Positions 28,800 through 36,817 of a DNA stretch of 64,000 nucleotides are shown here, in pieces. Source of the DNA: Verrucomicrobiota bacterium (GTDB taxonomy: Bacteria > Verrucomicrobiota > Verrucomicrobiia > Limisphaerales > CANJXF01); assembly GCA_038214755.1 (NCBI GenBank), contig JBBQRQ010000008.1, forward strand, positions 1 through 64,000. Direction: 5' to 3'. The notes below the pieces were generated by a model. That model saw only the letters and a list, made by a program, of their open reading frames with translations, ran no database searches and had not been told where the DNA came from. A program made the position numbers and the translations under genes. How positions within the stretch are numbered: position 1 is the first letter of the stretch; each line of letters opens with the position of its first letter.

Positions 28800-29077
28800 A
28801 GGTGTTTGACTCGGGGGTCAATCCATTCATCCGGAATGCGATTGCGTTCAATGTAATTATGGATTTCTTCCTGATGATCGCTGTAATAACTGAGGGCATC
28901 AAAAATTTGTGCCATGGAAAGGTGTGGCACCGACTGTAGAATTTCTTCCGGGCTTTTTCCCATACGCCAAATTTCTACAATCGCGCGCACTGTCACCCGC
29001 GTGCCTTTGATGATTGGTTCCCCGCCCGCGATTTTTTCGTTCCTGCCGATGTAACAATGTTCTGTGGCCGTTGTCAT
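28796..29077 (-). CDS. DUF433 antitoxin
   Basis: GGEPIIKGTRVTV, PHLSMAQIFDALSYY. Confidence 0.92.
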   Translation of the reverse strand: MTTATEHCYIGRNEKIAGGEPIIKGTRVTVRAIVEIWRMGKSPEEILQSVPHLSMAQIFDALSYYSDHQEEIHNYIERNRIPDEWIDPRVKHL

Positions 29078-29083
29078 AAATCC

Positions 29084-29116
29084 ATTGTGCCTTTGCGGAC
29101 ACCTGTCTTCAAGCGC
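29084..29116 (-). promoter_or_regulatory. Putative sigma70 promoter, leaderless DUF433 mRNA
   Basis: TTGAAG-17nt-CACAAT-6nt-ATG. Confidence 0.55.
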
Positions 29117-29120
29117 CGCA

Positions 29121-30158
29121 TCATAACTTAACTATTTCTCCTTTTCTAATGGCTTCCTCACCCGCAATCGCCAGTAAGGTTGCATCCACACAATTTTTCA
29201 CGCTGGTTAGCGGCTCAGATTTTTCCAAAATGCATTTCACAAATTCGAGGTGGATTTCATCGAAGCCCAGATGATTTCCCCAGCCTTCGCCGAAATTCGC
29301 GGCGACTTTGCGGATGATCGGTTCTTTCTGATTTGTTCCGCGTTTCCATTGCAGAATTTCGATTTGCGAAATGCGCGTTTGCAAGATGCCGCCGTCGCCG
29401 ATGATTCCCATCTCCAAATCTTCGTGGGGAAAATCAAGCGCGAACATGCAGAGTTGATGCGTTCCGAGAACGCCATTTTCGTATTCAAAACTCATCGTGA
29501 CGTGATCGTGGACTTGATGCGGCCCTTCGATCACGCGATTGACCGCGTTCCCGCCGAACGCCGCGACACGTTTTGGTTTTGAGCTGACCCACCAGTTCAT
29601 CAAATCGAAGTGATGACAATTTTTATCGACGAGCGCGCCGCCGGAGCGGCGTTCATCCTGAATCCAATCCCGAGATTTTTTTTGAAACGGCCCGCGAAAT
29701 TCTTTGCACCAAACCATGCGGGGCGCACCGATTTCTCCCGCATCGACGAGCGATTTTATTTTCTGGAAAAACGGCGAGTAACGCAGTTCGTGGCCGATCA
29801 TTATAACGCGATCCGATTTTTCCGAAGCGGTCAGAAGTTTCTGACATTCCTCCCGCGTGATGCCACACGGCTTTTCGAGAAACAGATGCTTTCCTTCGCG
29901 TAAAATTTCGAGCGCGAGCGGGACGTGCGTAAAATTAGGAGTGGAAACGATGACGGCATCGAGCGGTGAAGCGATGAGTTCAGATTCGTTTTTGAAAACT
30001 TTTACTTTTGATGAAAGTTCGAGAGCTTTTTTGATGTTCGCGTCGTTGGAAGAACAGATGGCGGCAATCTCGATTTGTTCGCCGCAAAGTTTTGCGAACG
30101 AATTCACGTGGCTGAACCCCATCGCGCCCAAGCCCAGAAAACCGAATCGCAGTTTCAC
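29121..30158 (-). CDS. Gfo/Idh/MocA oxidoreductase
   Basis: GLGAMG, STPNFTH, LEKP, GGALVDKNCHHFDL; GTG start inferred. Confidence 0.9.
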   Translation of the reverse strand: MKLRFGFLGLGAMGFSHVNSFAKLCGEQIEIAAICSSNDANIKKALELSSKVKVFKNESELIASPLDAVIVSTPNFTHVPLALEILREGKHLFLEKPCGITREECQKLLTASEKSDRVIMIGHELRYSPFFQKIKSLVDAGEIGAPRMVWCKEFRGPFQKKSRDWIQDERRSGGALVDKNCHHFDLMNWWVSSKPKRVAAFGGNAVNRVIEGPHQVHDHVTMSFEYENGVLGTHQLCMFALDFPHEDLEMGIIGDGGILQTRISQIEILQWKRGTNQKEPIIRKVAANFGEGWGNHLGFDEIHLEFVKCILEKSEPLTSVKNCVDATLLAIAGEEAIRKGEIVKL

Positions 30159-30223
30159 TTGAGAAGTAAATCCCACAACGTTTGCCGTTTGCAATTTCCA
30201 TCCTGGCGCGAAACACTTTCTCG

Positions 30224-31513
30224 GTGGAGACCAAACACATCGTGGTTCTCGGAGCGGGTTTCGGCGGTTTGACTTTTTGCCAGGATTTTCACCATGCCTC
30301 GGCTCGCGTGACTTTGATTGACCGCCAAAATCATCATTTGTTTCAACCATTGCTCTATCAGGTCGCCTCCGCTGGTTTGTCCGCGCCAGACATCGCGCAA
30401 CCGATTCGTTCGATCCTCGCGGAGAAAGATAACCTCGTCGTGTTGATGGAAAACGTGGTCGATCTCGACTTGAAAGAAAGGCGCGTCACTCTCGAAAAGA
30501 AAAATCTTCATTATGATTATCTAGTTTTAGCGCTCGGCAGCATGACCGGATATTTTGGTCATCCAGAATGGGAACCATTTGCTCCGGGATTAAAGACACT
30601 CGACGACGCCTTGCGGATTCGCCGCGAAATTTTATTCGCATTTGAAAAAGCCGAAACGGAAACGGATCCTGCGAAACGCGAACAACTTTTGACCATGGTC
30701 ATCGTGGGCGGCGGGCCGACCGGCGTGGAGTTGGCGGGCGCTTTTGCGGAATTGCGCCGTTACGTTTTGGCGCGAGACTTCGATCACATTGATCCAACCA
30801 AAGCGCGCGTGATTTTGATCGAGGCCAGCCCGCGCGTGTTGTCGCATTTGTCAGAGCACCTTTCCGAAAGCACGCAGGAACAGCTTGAGAAACTTGGCGT
30901 GGAAGTTCGCCTGAACACGCGCGTCAAAAACATCACGAGCAAATGTGTCGAGTTTGTCAGCGGCGAAATGATCCATGCCGAAAATATTATTTGGGCGGCG
31001 GGCGTGGCGGCCTCGCCCTTGACTAAAAAACTGGGCGCGGAACTCGACAAAGCGGGCCGCGTGAAAGTGAATTCCGATTTAAGTTTGCCGGATCATCCCG
31101 AAGTTTTTGCGATTGGCGACATGGCGCTGGTGCTCGACGAAGACGGCAAACAAGTTCCCGGCGTTTCTCCCGCTGCGATGCAAATGGCGCGGCACGTTTC
31201 GCAAATCATTCACGAGGAACTGACTTATCCCGGTCGCGCGGAACGTCCGCGATTCAAATATTGGGACAAAGGAACGATGGCGACGATTGGCCGTTCCGCG
31301 GCCGTCGCGAAAATTAAAAATTTTGAATTCACGGGATACTTTGCGTGGCTGGCCTGGCTGTTTATTCACCTGCTTTTTCTGGTGGGACTTCGCAACAAAA
31401 TTTCCGTTTTGTTTTCGTGGGCCTATTCCTACTTCACCTACAAACGCGGGTCGCGAATCATCACGGGTCTGCAAAACGACGACGCGGTTCAGAACCTGGG
31501 CGATACGGTTTAA
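30224..31513 (+). CDS. ndh: Type II NADH dehydrogenase
   Basis: GAGFGG, FQPLLYQVA, GGGPTGVELAG, WAAGV, DKGTMATIGR. Confidence 0.92.
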   Translation: METKHIVVLGAGFGGLTFCQDFHHASARVTLIDRQNHHLFQPLLYQVASAGLSAPDIAQPIRSILAEKDNLVVLMENVVDLDLKERRVTLEKKNLHYDYLVLALGSMTGYFGHPEWEPFAPGLKTLDDALRIRREILFAFEKAETETDPAKREQLLTMVIVGGGPTGVELAGAFAELRRYVLARDFDHIDPTKARVILIEASPRVLSHLSEHLSESTQEQLEKLGVEVRLNTRVKNITSKCVEFVSGEMIHAENIIWAAGVAASPLTKKLGAELDKAGRVKVNSDLSLPDHPEVFAIGDMALVLDEDGKQVPGVSPAAMQMARHVSQIIHEELTYPGRAERPRFKYWDKGTMATIGRSAAVAKIKNFEFTGYFAWLAWLFIHLLFLVGLRNKISVLFSWAYSYFTYKRGSRIITGLQNDDAVQNLGDTV

Positions 31514-31620
31514 AATTAAAAGGGTTCTCGCGATCACCTTCACGGACAAATCCTTTTTATCGCTTTGGATGCGAGACGCGGAATTGACCCTCTGCACGGG
31601 AAGTGCTACCTACCTCGCTA

Positions 31621-31875
31621 ATGAAATCCACCTTCACCATCGCGGAAGCTCAGGCCAATTTTTCCAGGATCGCTCGAAGCAATTCGGTGGTCGGCATTTC
31701 CAAGAACAGCAAAGTGATCGGCTTTTACATTCCGCGAGAACGGTTTGAGGGCTTGCTCGAAACGATGGAAATTCTCGCCAACCCCGAAGCCATTAAATGG
31801 ATCAACGCGGATAAGGCAGGCAAGCTTAAATATAAACCATTGGCCGAGTGCGAAAAAGAATGGGGGATCGATTGA
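31621..31875 (+). CDS. Phd/YefM-like antitoxin
   Basis: FTIAEAQANF; LLETMEILANP. Confidence 0.8.
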   Translation: MKSTFTIAEAQANFSRIARSNSVVGISKNSKVIGFYIPRERFEGLLETMEILANPEAIKWINADKAGKLKYKPLAECEKEWGID

Positions 31876-32159
31876 TCCGTTTGTCTCCGCAAGTTAACGC
31901 CTACATTAAAACGCTTCCACCGGAGACCCGCCGAAAAGTTCGGGACGCCTTGCGCGGGTTGGAGCAAGGTCAAGGAGAGATTGCCCCGCTCCAGAGGCAA
32001 CTCGAAGGTTATCACCGCCTCAAACTTCCGCCCCGCCGGGTAATCTTACGCTATCAGGAAAGCTCTCGCGGCCCGGAATGCTATTGCGCCTTCATCGAAA
32101 TGCGCGACGTGGTTTACGAAGCTTTTGCCGCCATTGTCTCCGGGCAAGAACATATCTAA
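31860..32159 (+). CDS. RelE-like toxin
   Basis: Overlaps antitoxin; IAPLQRQLEGYHRL..RVI..RDVVYE. Confidence 0.7.
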   Translation: MGDRLIRLSPQVNAYIKTLPPETRRKVRDALRGLEQGQGEIAPLQRQLEGYHRLKLPPRRVILRYQESSRGPECYCAFIEMRDVVYEAFAAIVSGQEHI

Positions 32160-32243
32160 TCGAACACGGTCCAAGTTTGTCGCCTTATTCCCAGTGCCGG
32201 ACTCAGCGCTTGTGTTTGGTTAGCGCGACTTTAAACTGTCTTT

Positions 32244-32507
32244 ATGAAAACGCTGACCGCCACCGAAGCTCGCCAGAATATTGGCAACTGGCTTTCTCGT
32301 GCCATCAAAGGCGAAGACATCGGGATTGTTTATGAAGGGAAAGTTGTCGCGCTTCGTCCCGTGGAAGTTTACAGCGAGGATTACGCCATGATGGAATACG
32401 GCGTGACCGAACAAGAATTAAAGCGTTTCGATAAAAAAATGTTGAAACAACTCCAGAATGAAAAATCCAACCTCTGGGACGGAACCGCCAATGGCCTTCG
32501 CGGTTGA
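32244..32507 (+). CDS. Phd-like antitoxin
   Basis: MKTLTATEARQNIG; upstream TTGTGT-16-TAAACT-6nt-ATG. Confidence 0.75.
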   Translation: MKTLTATEARQNIGNWLSRAIKGEDIGIVYEGKVVALRPVEVYSEDYAMMEYGVTEQELKRFDKKMLKQLQNEKSNLWDGTANGLRG

Positions 32508-32778
32508 ACCGGGCACTACTTGGAAACGCTGGGCGAAACACCGCACGAACGCCGAACTTCAAGCCATCTCCGAACGGCTGGAGCAACTCAAAGAAGATTT
32601 CGGCAAACCGCACCAACATGCCGGCCTTGGGGTCCGGCGTTTGTCTCAACATTTTTTTGAGTTTAGAATCTCCCGCGACGTGCGCGTCGTTTTCGCATTG
32701 ATCAAACCAAACATCATTCGTCTGGCTATGTGCGGCAATCACAATGAAGTCAGAAACTGGATCAAAGAAAATTCTTAA
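32491..32778 (+). CDS. RelE/YafQ-like toxin
   Basis: FGKPHQHAGLGVRRL..FEFRISRDVRVVF..GNHNEV; overlaps antitoxin. Confidence 0.7.
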   Translation: MAFAVEPGTTWKRWAKHRTNAELQAISERLEQLKEDFGKPHQHAGLGVRRLSQHFFEFRISRDVRVVFALIKPNIIRLAMCGNHNEVRNWIKENS

Positions 32779-32813
32779 TCATTGGGATTGTCGCGATGGA
32801 TTGGACATTCAAA

Positions 32814-33033
32814 TCATGCCTTCAACTTCGCGATCAAATCCTTGCTCTCCACCGTATCCCCGACTTGCGCGAAGATTTTATCCACTGTTCCGTCCGCCGA
32901 CGTTGCCGAAATCGCGGTTGAATTTTGTAAACTCAGCAAAAACTTCGGGATACATCAAATGGCTGTAAAGATCATCCTCGGTCGCCTCGCGTTTCAATTT
33001 GCCGGAAATTTCTTCGCGAACTTTTTTCAAGTT
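32814..33033 (-). pseudogene. Diverged, internally deleted copy of pyc 3' end
   Basis: 32814-32902 aligns to 36818-36906; about 32895-33033 aligns to 37264-37402. Confidence 0.95.
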
Positions 33034-33065
33034 GGCGGGTCTGCAATGCGCGCTCGGACGGTCAA

Positions 33066-34054
33066 TCAACGTTCCTTTATCCCAGTAAAAAATACGATTG
33101 TTTCGACTTTTTCCTGCCACTTCAAATTACCTTGCCACCGCAGCAGTGGCGGGATGACTTTTTGAAATTTTTCGGGGGCGTCCTCGAAATAAATCACTTC
33201 AACATTTTCCAATTCAAGAATAGCGGACTTGTCGGCCTTGACGATTTCCCAAAAATCAGACTCCCTGAGAGCAAATATCTCTTTGCAATCAGCGAACATT
33301 TTTATTTGCTCTGCCAGCGATGCGACTCGGATGTTTGAAAGTGGTTTGGTTGCACGAGCCGTCAACTCAACCTGATGGAGTTTCCCGTTGATTCCAAACC
33401 CGACTCGCAAGCCGCCGTAGTAATGCCCAGTCACAACTCGATACCCATCAATCGCGCGCCGGAAAAATACATGCCGGGAAACGACGCGCGTCGGTTTGTT
33501 GTATGAGTCGCGTTCTGTTTTTTCAAAGACGTAATCCAACCTCTCCGCGGTAGGATGTTTCATCAAATCCACATCTTTATTCAGTCCAAGAAGCTGCGCC
33601 ATTTCCAATCCGCGTCGCACGGTTTCTTCTTCTCCCGGTGCTGCTCCGGTAACATTAGTGATTGCGCCAAGACACCGTATCGAATCCATCCTTGGGCGGG
33701 GATAATCGTCAGCGTGTGTGTCTGTTCCAAACTTCCATAGTATTTAACTCCCGGAGTTCCGAACACTCCTCGGTTATTTCCTTTGAAAGTCTTTTGTGAA
33801 TCAAGCCCTCCCATTCTCAAAAGAGTAGCGATGGTTGCTGGCGATAACTGACGCGGGACGACGCTCTGCACTGCGATCTGGTCAGGAATTTTGCATCTCA
33901 GCAGTTCTTTCGTGGAAACGACTTTGGGGCAAAACCGCACCGGCTCGCCTAAACTTCTTAATGCTTTGCGAGAGGCCTGCTCGTAATCCGAAGCCAACGC
34001 TTGCCCAACCGACAGCCATACCACCAAAAGGCTGCAACTCCATCGCGTCATCAT
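33066..34054 (-). pseudogene. Secreted hypothetical protein, probably one gene split by a frameshift near 33675
   Basis: Overlapping ORFs 33581..34054 (signal peptide) and 33066..33689 (none). Confidence 0.5.
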
Positions 34055-36330
34055 TGCGGCGTGTAAACGGTTGTCTTGTCGAAGTGAAGATTTTCAACTG
34101 AGCGACCGGCCAAACTGAAATTGGCTGAGAAGGGCTGGAATCTGTCGGTTAAGGTGTAAGCTCCGCTTTCTTGGCGAGCGTCCCAATATAGATAGCTCAT
34201 TATGACCGTATGATCGATCAGAGGTTTTCCCCTTTTTCGGCGGCTCTCATTTTCAGCCGCGTGCGCGCGTCGCCCGGCTTCCACCCAGGCGTTGATGACG
34301 GTCATAGGTGTGCCGTTTAATTCTCCTTGTAGACCTTGCGCCCAAAGCCTGCCCATTGTTGGGTAAATGTAGATGGTCGATCCAGTGGCAAGATACACAT
34401 TCAAGGAAGCGCTCATCGGCCAAAAGCCCCGTTCCTTCACACCCCCCGCCCAACGGGTTTGCGTCAAAGCATTGCACCCGTAGTAGCCCATCCACTTAAG
34501 AAATTGGCTTCCGAATCTCATTTCCGCATCGGGAACCCATGTGTAACCATTGGTGTTCTGGCTGCTGTTGTACAAAGGATAGCTTGCCAGCGAACCAAAC
34601 GTCCCTGAGGGCCAGCCGGGTGGATTATATTCAACGGTGTGTCCGGCTAAAATGCCGATGTTACAGCCCGAATTAAATTTGCTGTTAAGCGAATTAATTC
34701 CCTGAGGAGTCTTGCCCGCGCCCACAAGATTGGTTTTGGTGAGTGCATCATCAATCAGATGAAAATTATTCCTCCAAGAAGGAAATTTCGTGGATTTCGC
34801 CCCCTGCGCCATTTTATCTATGAACCCTTTTGCAACGGCCGTTGCGTTCTGTAGCGGCCCATACGCCCACGCCGTTTTAGGATGATGCCCCTGCGAACCT
34901 GCGCCAGTCACGCCGACAAACGACATTTGGGTGCGGCCGGGCTCTCGGTGAGGATCTCGGGTGGTTTGATTAGTTTGGCTTCCTGCAACCGCAGGTTGAA
35001 ACGCATCGAGATTTTCTGATGATAACGTGGTGGGTTCGATTGAACTTTTCGCAACGGCTGGAGTTTTCTGAAAAGAAGGATTAGCGCTTAGTTGAGCGAT
35101 CATGCCCGGCGGCAGCGGTGGCAACTCCGGCTCCATTAGTTGGCTACCCCGTGCAGCTTCATTAGCTTTTAATGCGGCCTTGCGTGCCACAAACCACGGA
35201 ACCCGCTTCGCACGATGAGCAAGAGCCGAAGAAGCAGCAGAATCTATTGGCAATGGAATCGAGAAATAGCCATTTTTAATTGGTTTTTCTACAAATGATT
35301 TTGCTCCTTCGATGGCGGAACCTGACTCAGTGCTCTGCAATGACCCCGGAGCCGGTGGCGGGTCACTCGGCGGTGAATTCGTGTCTTCGCCTTCGCTGGA
35401 TTGGCCCCCTCCAATAACCGCTGCGGTCAAAATGTAATCATAATATCCCGGCGGATAAAAATTGTTAAAGCCGTCGGAGCCGTCCCATTCCCCATAGATT
35501 TCCGTTCCCGTGCCCGTTATCATTTTTACCGTATTCTCATTCTCGTCCACGATTTCAACGCTCCAATCGCAATTAAGAACAAGGTTTGCGTAAACGATTT
35601 GCTCTTCTGGAAAAGAAGGATCAAAAGGATCAAAGAATGGATTCACAATAGTGAAGTCTTGAATCAAATTATCGAAATGAAGCGTGATTGGCGCAGAACA
35701 TCCGACATCGAGATTGCCGCTGGTGTCGTCACCTGCGCCGCCCGTCGTTTCCCCGGACGTAGCAAGTTCAACGGTGGCATGGATTACATGATCTCCATTA
35801 ATCCATTCGCATGTATTTATGGAGAACTGGAAAGAATCAACGTCCGTTTCTTCATCGACTCGTTGTCCGTCAACATAGAGGCGAATCCAACCTACCTGAT
35901 TGGTTGTGTTAACGGTTACTTCGACGATCAAATTGCTGCTGACTGTCGCATTGTTCGTTGGCGCAACGATGGAAATCGAAACAGGCGCGTTCGTGGATTG
36001 CGCGACTTGCCGCACTCGATAAAAACGATGAGGCCTGTCAGCGGGGTGAAGGATTCGGTTTAACGCAGTCGGGTCACCATAATCGAGCCACGTCGTATTT
36101 GTGCCTTGCGAAACAATGCGTTGTTCCCTCGGGATAAACGCCAAATTGCCATCCTGATCTACTGCCGAAAGATTTCCCACAGACTGAACCTCATACACCG
36201 CGCCGGTTTCACTCTGCCAATGCAGTTGAATGGATAAATCGTCGAAGACGCGAGGCTGTTTGAGCACGGGTTGCGCGAGAAGCGGCGAGGCGGCGATTGA
36301 GAAGAGAAGAATGAGTTGGTTACGTTTCAT
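34051..36330 (-). CDS. Large secreted multidomain protein: terminal-type domain, Ig-like/FlgD-like domains, C-terminal His-Cys (DUF6345-like) domain
   Basis: Signal peptide; LYVDGQ, WDGSDG..GYYDY; AGH...FGSQFLKWMGYYGCNAL. Confidence 0.6.
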   Translation of the reverse strand: MKRNQLILLFSIAASPLLAQPVLKQPRVFDDLSIQLHWQSETGAVYEVQSVGNLSAVDQDGNLAFIPREQRIVSQGTNTTWLDYGDPTALNRILHPADRPHRFYRVRQVAQSTNAPVSISIVAPTNNATVSSNLIVEVTVNTTNQVGWIRLYVDGQRVDEETDVDSFQFSINTCEWINGDHVIHATVELATSGETTGGAGDDTSGNLDVGCSAPITLHFDNLIQDFTIVNPFFDPFDPSFPEEQIVYANLVLNCDWSVEIVDENENTVKMITGTGTEIYGEWDGSDGFNNFYPPGYYDYILTAAVIGGGQSSEGEDTNSPPSDPPPAPGSLQSTESGSAIEGAKSFVEKPIKNGYFSIPLPIDSAASSALAHRAKRVPWFVARKAALKANEAARGSQLMEPELPPLPPGMIAQLSANPSFQKTPAVAKSSIEPTTLSSENLDAFQPAVAGSQTNQTTRDPHREPGRTQMSFVGVTGAGSQGHHPKTAWAYGPLQNATAVAKGFIDKMAQGAKSTKFPSWRNNFHLIDDALTKTNLVGAGKTPQGINSLNSKFNSGCNIGILAGHTVEYNPPGWPSGTFGSLASYPLYNSSQNTNGYTWVPDAEMRFGSQFLKWMGYYGCNALTQTRWAGGVKERGFWPMSASLNVYLATGSTIYIYPTMGRLWAQGLQGELNGTPMTVINAWVEAGRRAHAAENESRRKRGKPLIDHTVIMSYLYWDARQESGAYTLTDRFQPFSANFSLAGRSVENLHFDKTTVYTPQ

Positions 36331-36483
36331 ATTTAAGTTTTTTTTGGAAATCCATACGAATCCTCGCTCGGCAATTTTCACGGTTGCGCGGCCACTCTCC
36401 GCGGTCTGCGTAAGTGAAGCAAGCACAAAACTTAGCCTGCGGGTTATGGCCGGTTTTTTTGCTGCTTGTTTCTGTAATCGCCC

Positions 36484-36726
36484 GTGTCAGAAATTCCACA
36501 ACATCGACTTGCCGTCGCCAAAACGATTCGCAAGTATCGGCTCAAAGCGGATTGGAGTCAGGAAAAACTCGCAGAAATGGCGGACCTTCATCCCGTTCAT
36601 ATTAGCAATCTGGAACACGGGAAAAAAAATATTTCTTTGGACACGCTCGTGAAAGTCGCCGACGCGTTGGGAGTTCAATTGTCCCAGTTGGTTCGCAATG
36701 TTCAGCCAAAAGAGAAGAACGACTAG
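36484..36726 (+). CDS. XRE-family HTH regulator
   Basis: WSQEKLAEMADLHPVHISNLEHGKKNISL. Confidence 0.9.
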   Translation: MSEIPQHRLAVAKTIRKYRLKADWSQEKLAEMADLHPVHISNLEHGKKNISLDTLVKVADALGVQLSQLVRNVQPKEKND

Positions 36727-36817
36727 AGGCGTGGGATTGTATCTCCGGTAAACGACTTGCGATTTTAAGTGGGTGTAACTGGTATATGACACACGTTCGG
36801 AATCGGCGCTTTGATTC

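Noticed and set aside
32174..32186. AGTTTGTCGCCTT as a further pyc scar (GDKL region)
   Set aside because: Only 12/13 nt match; could be chance.
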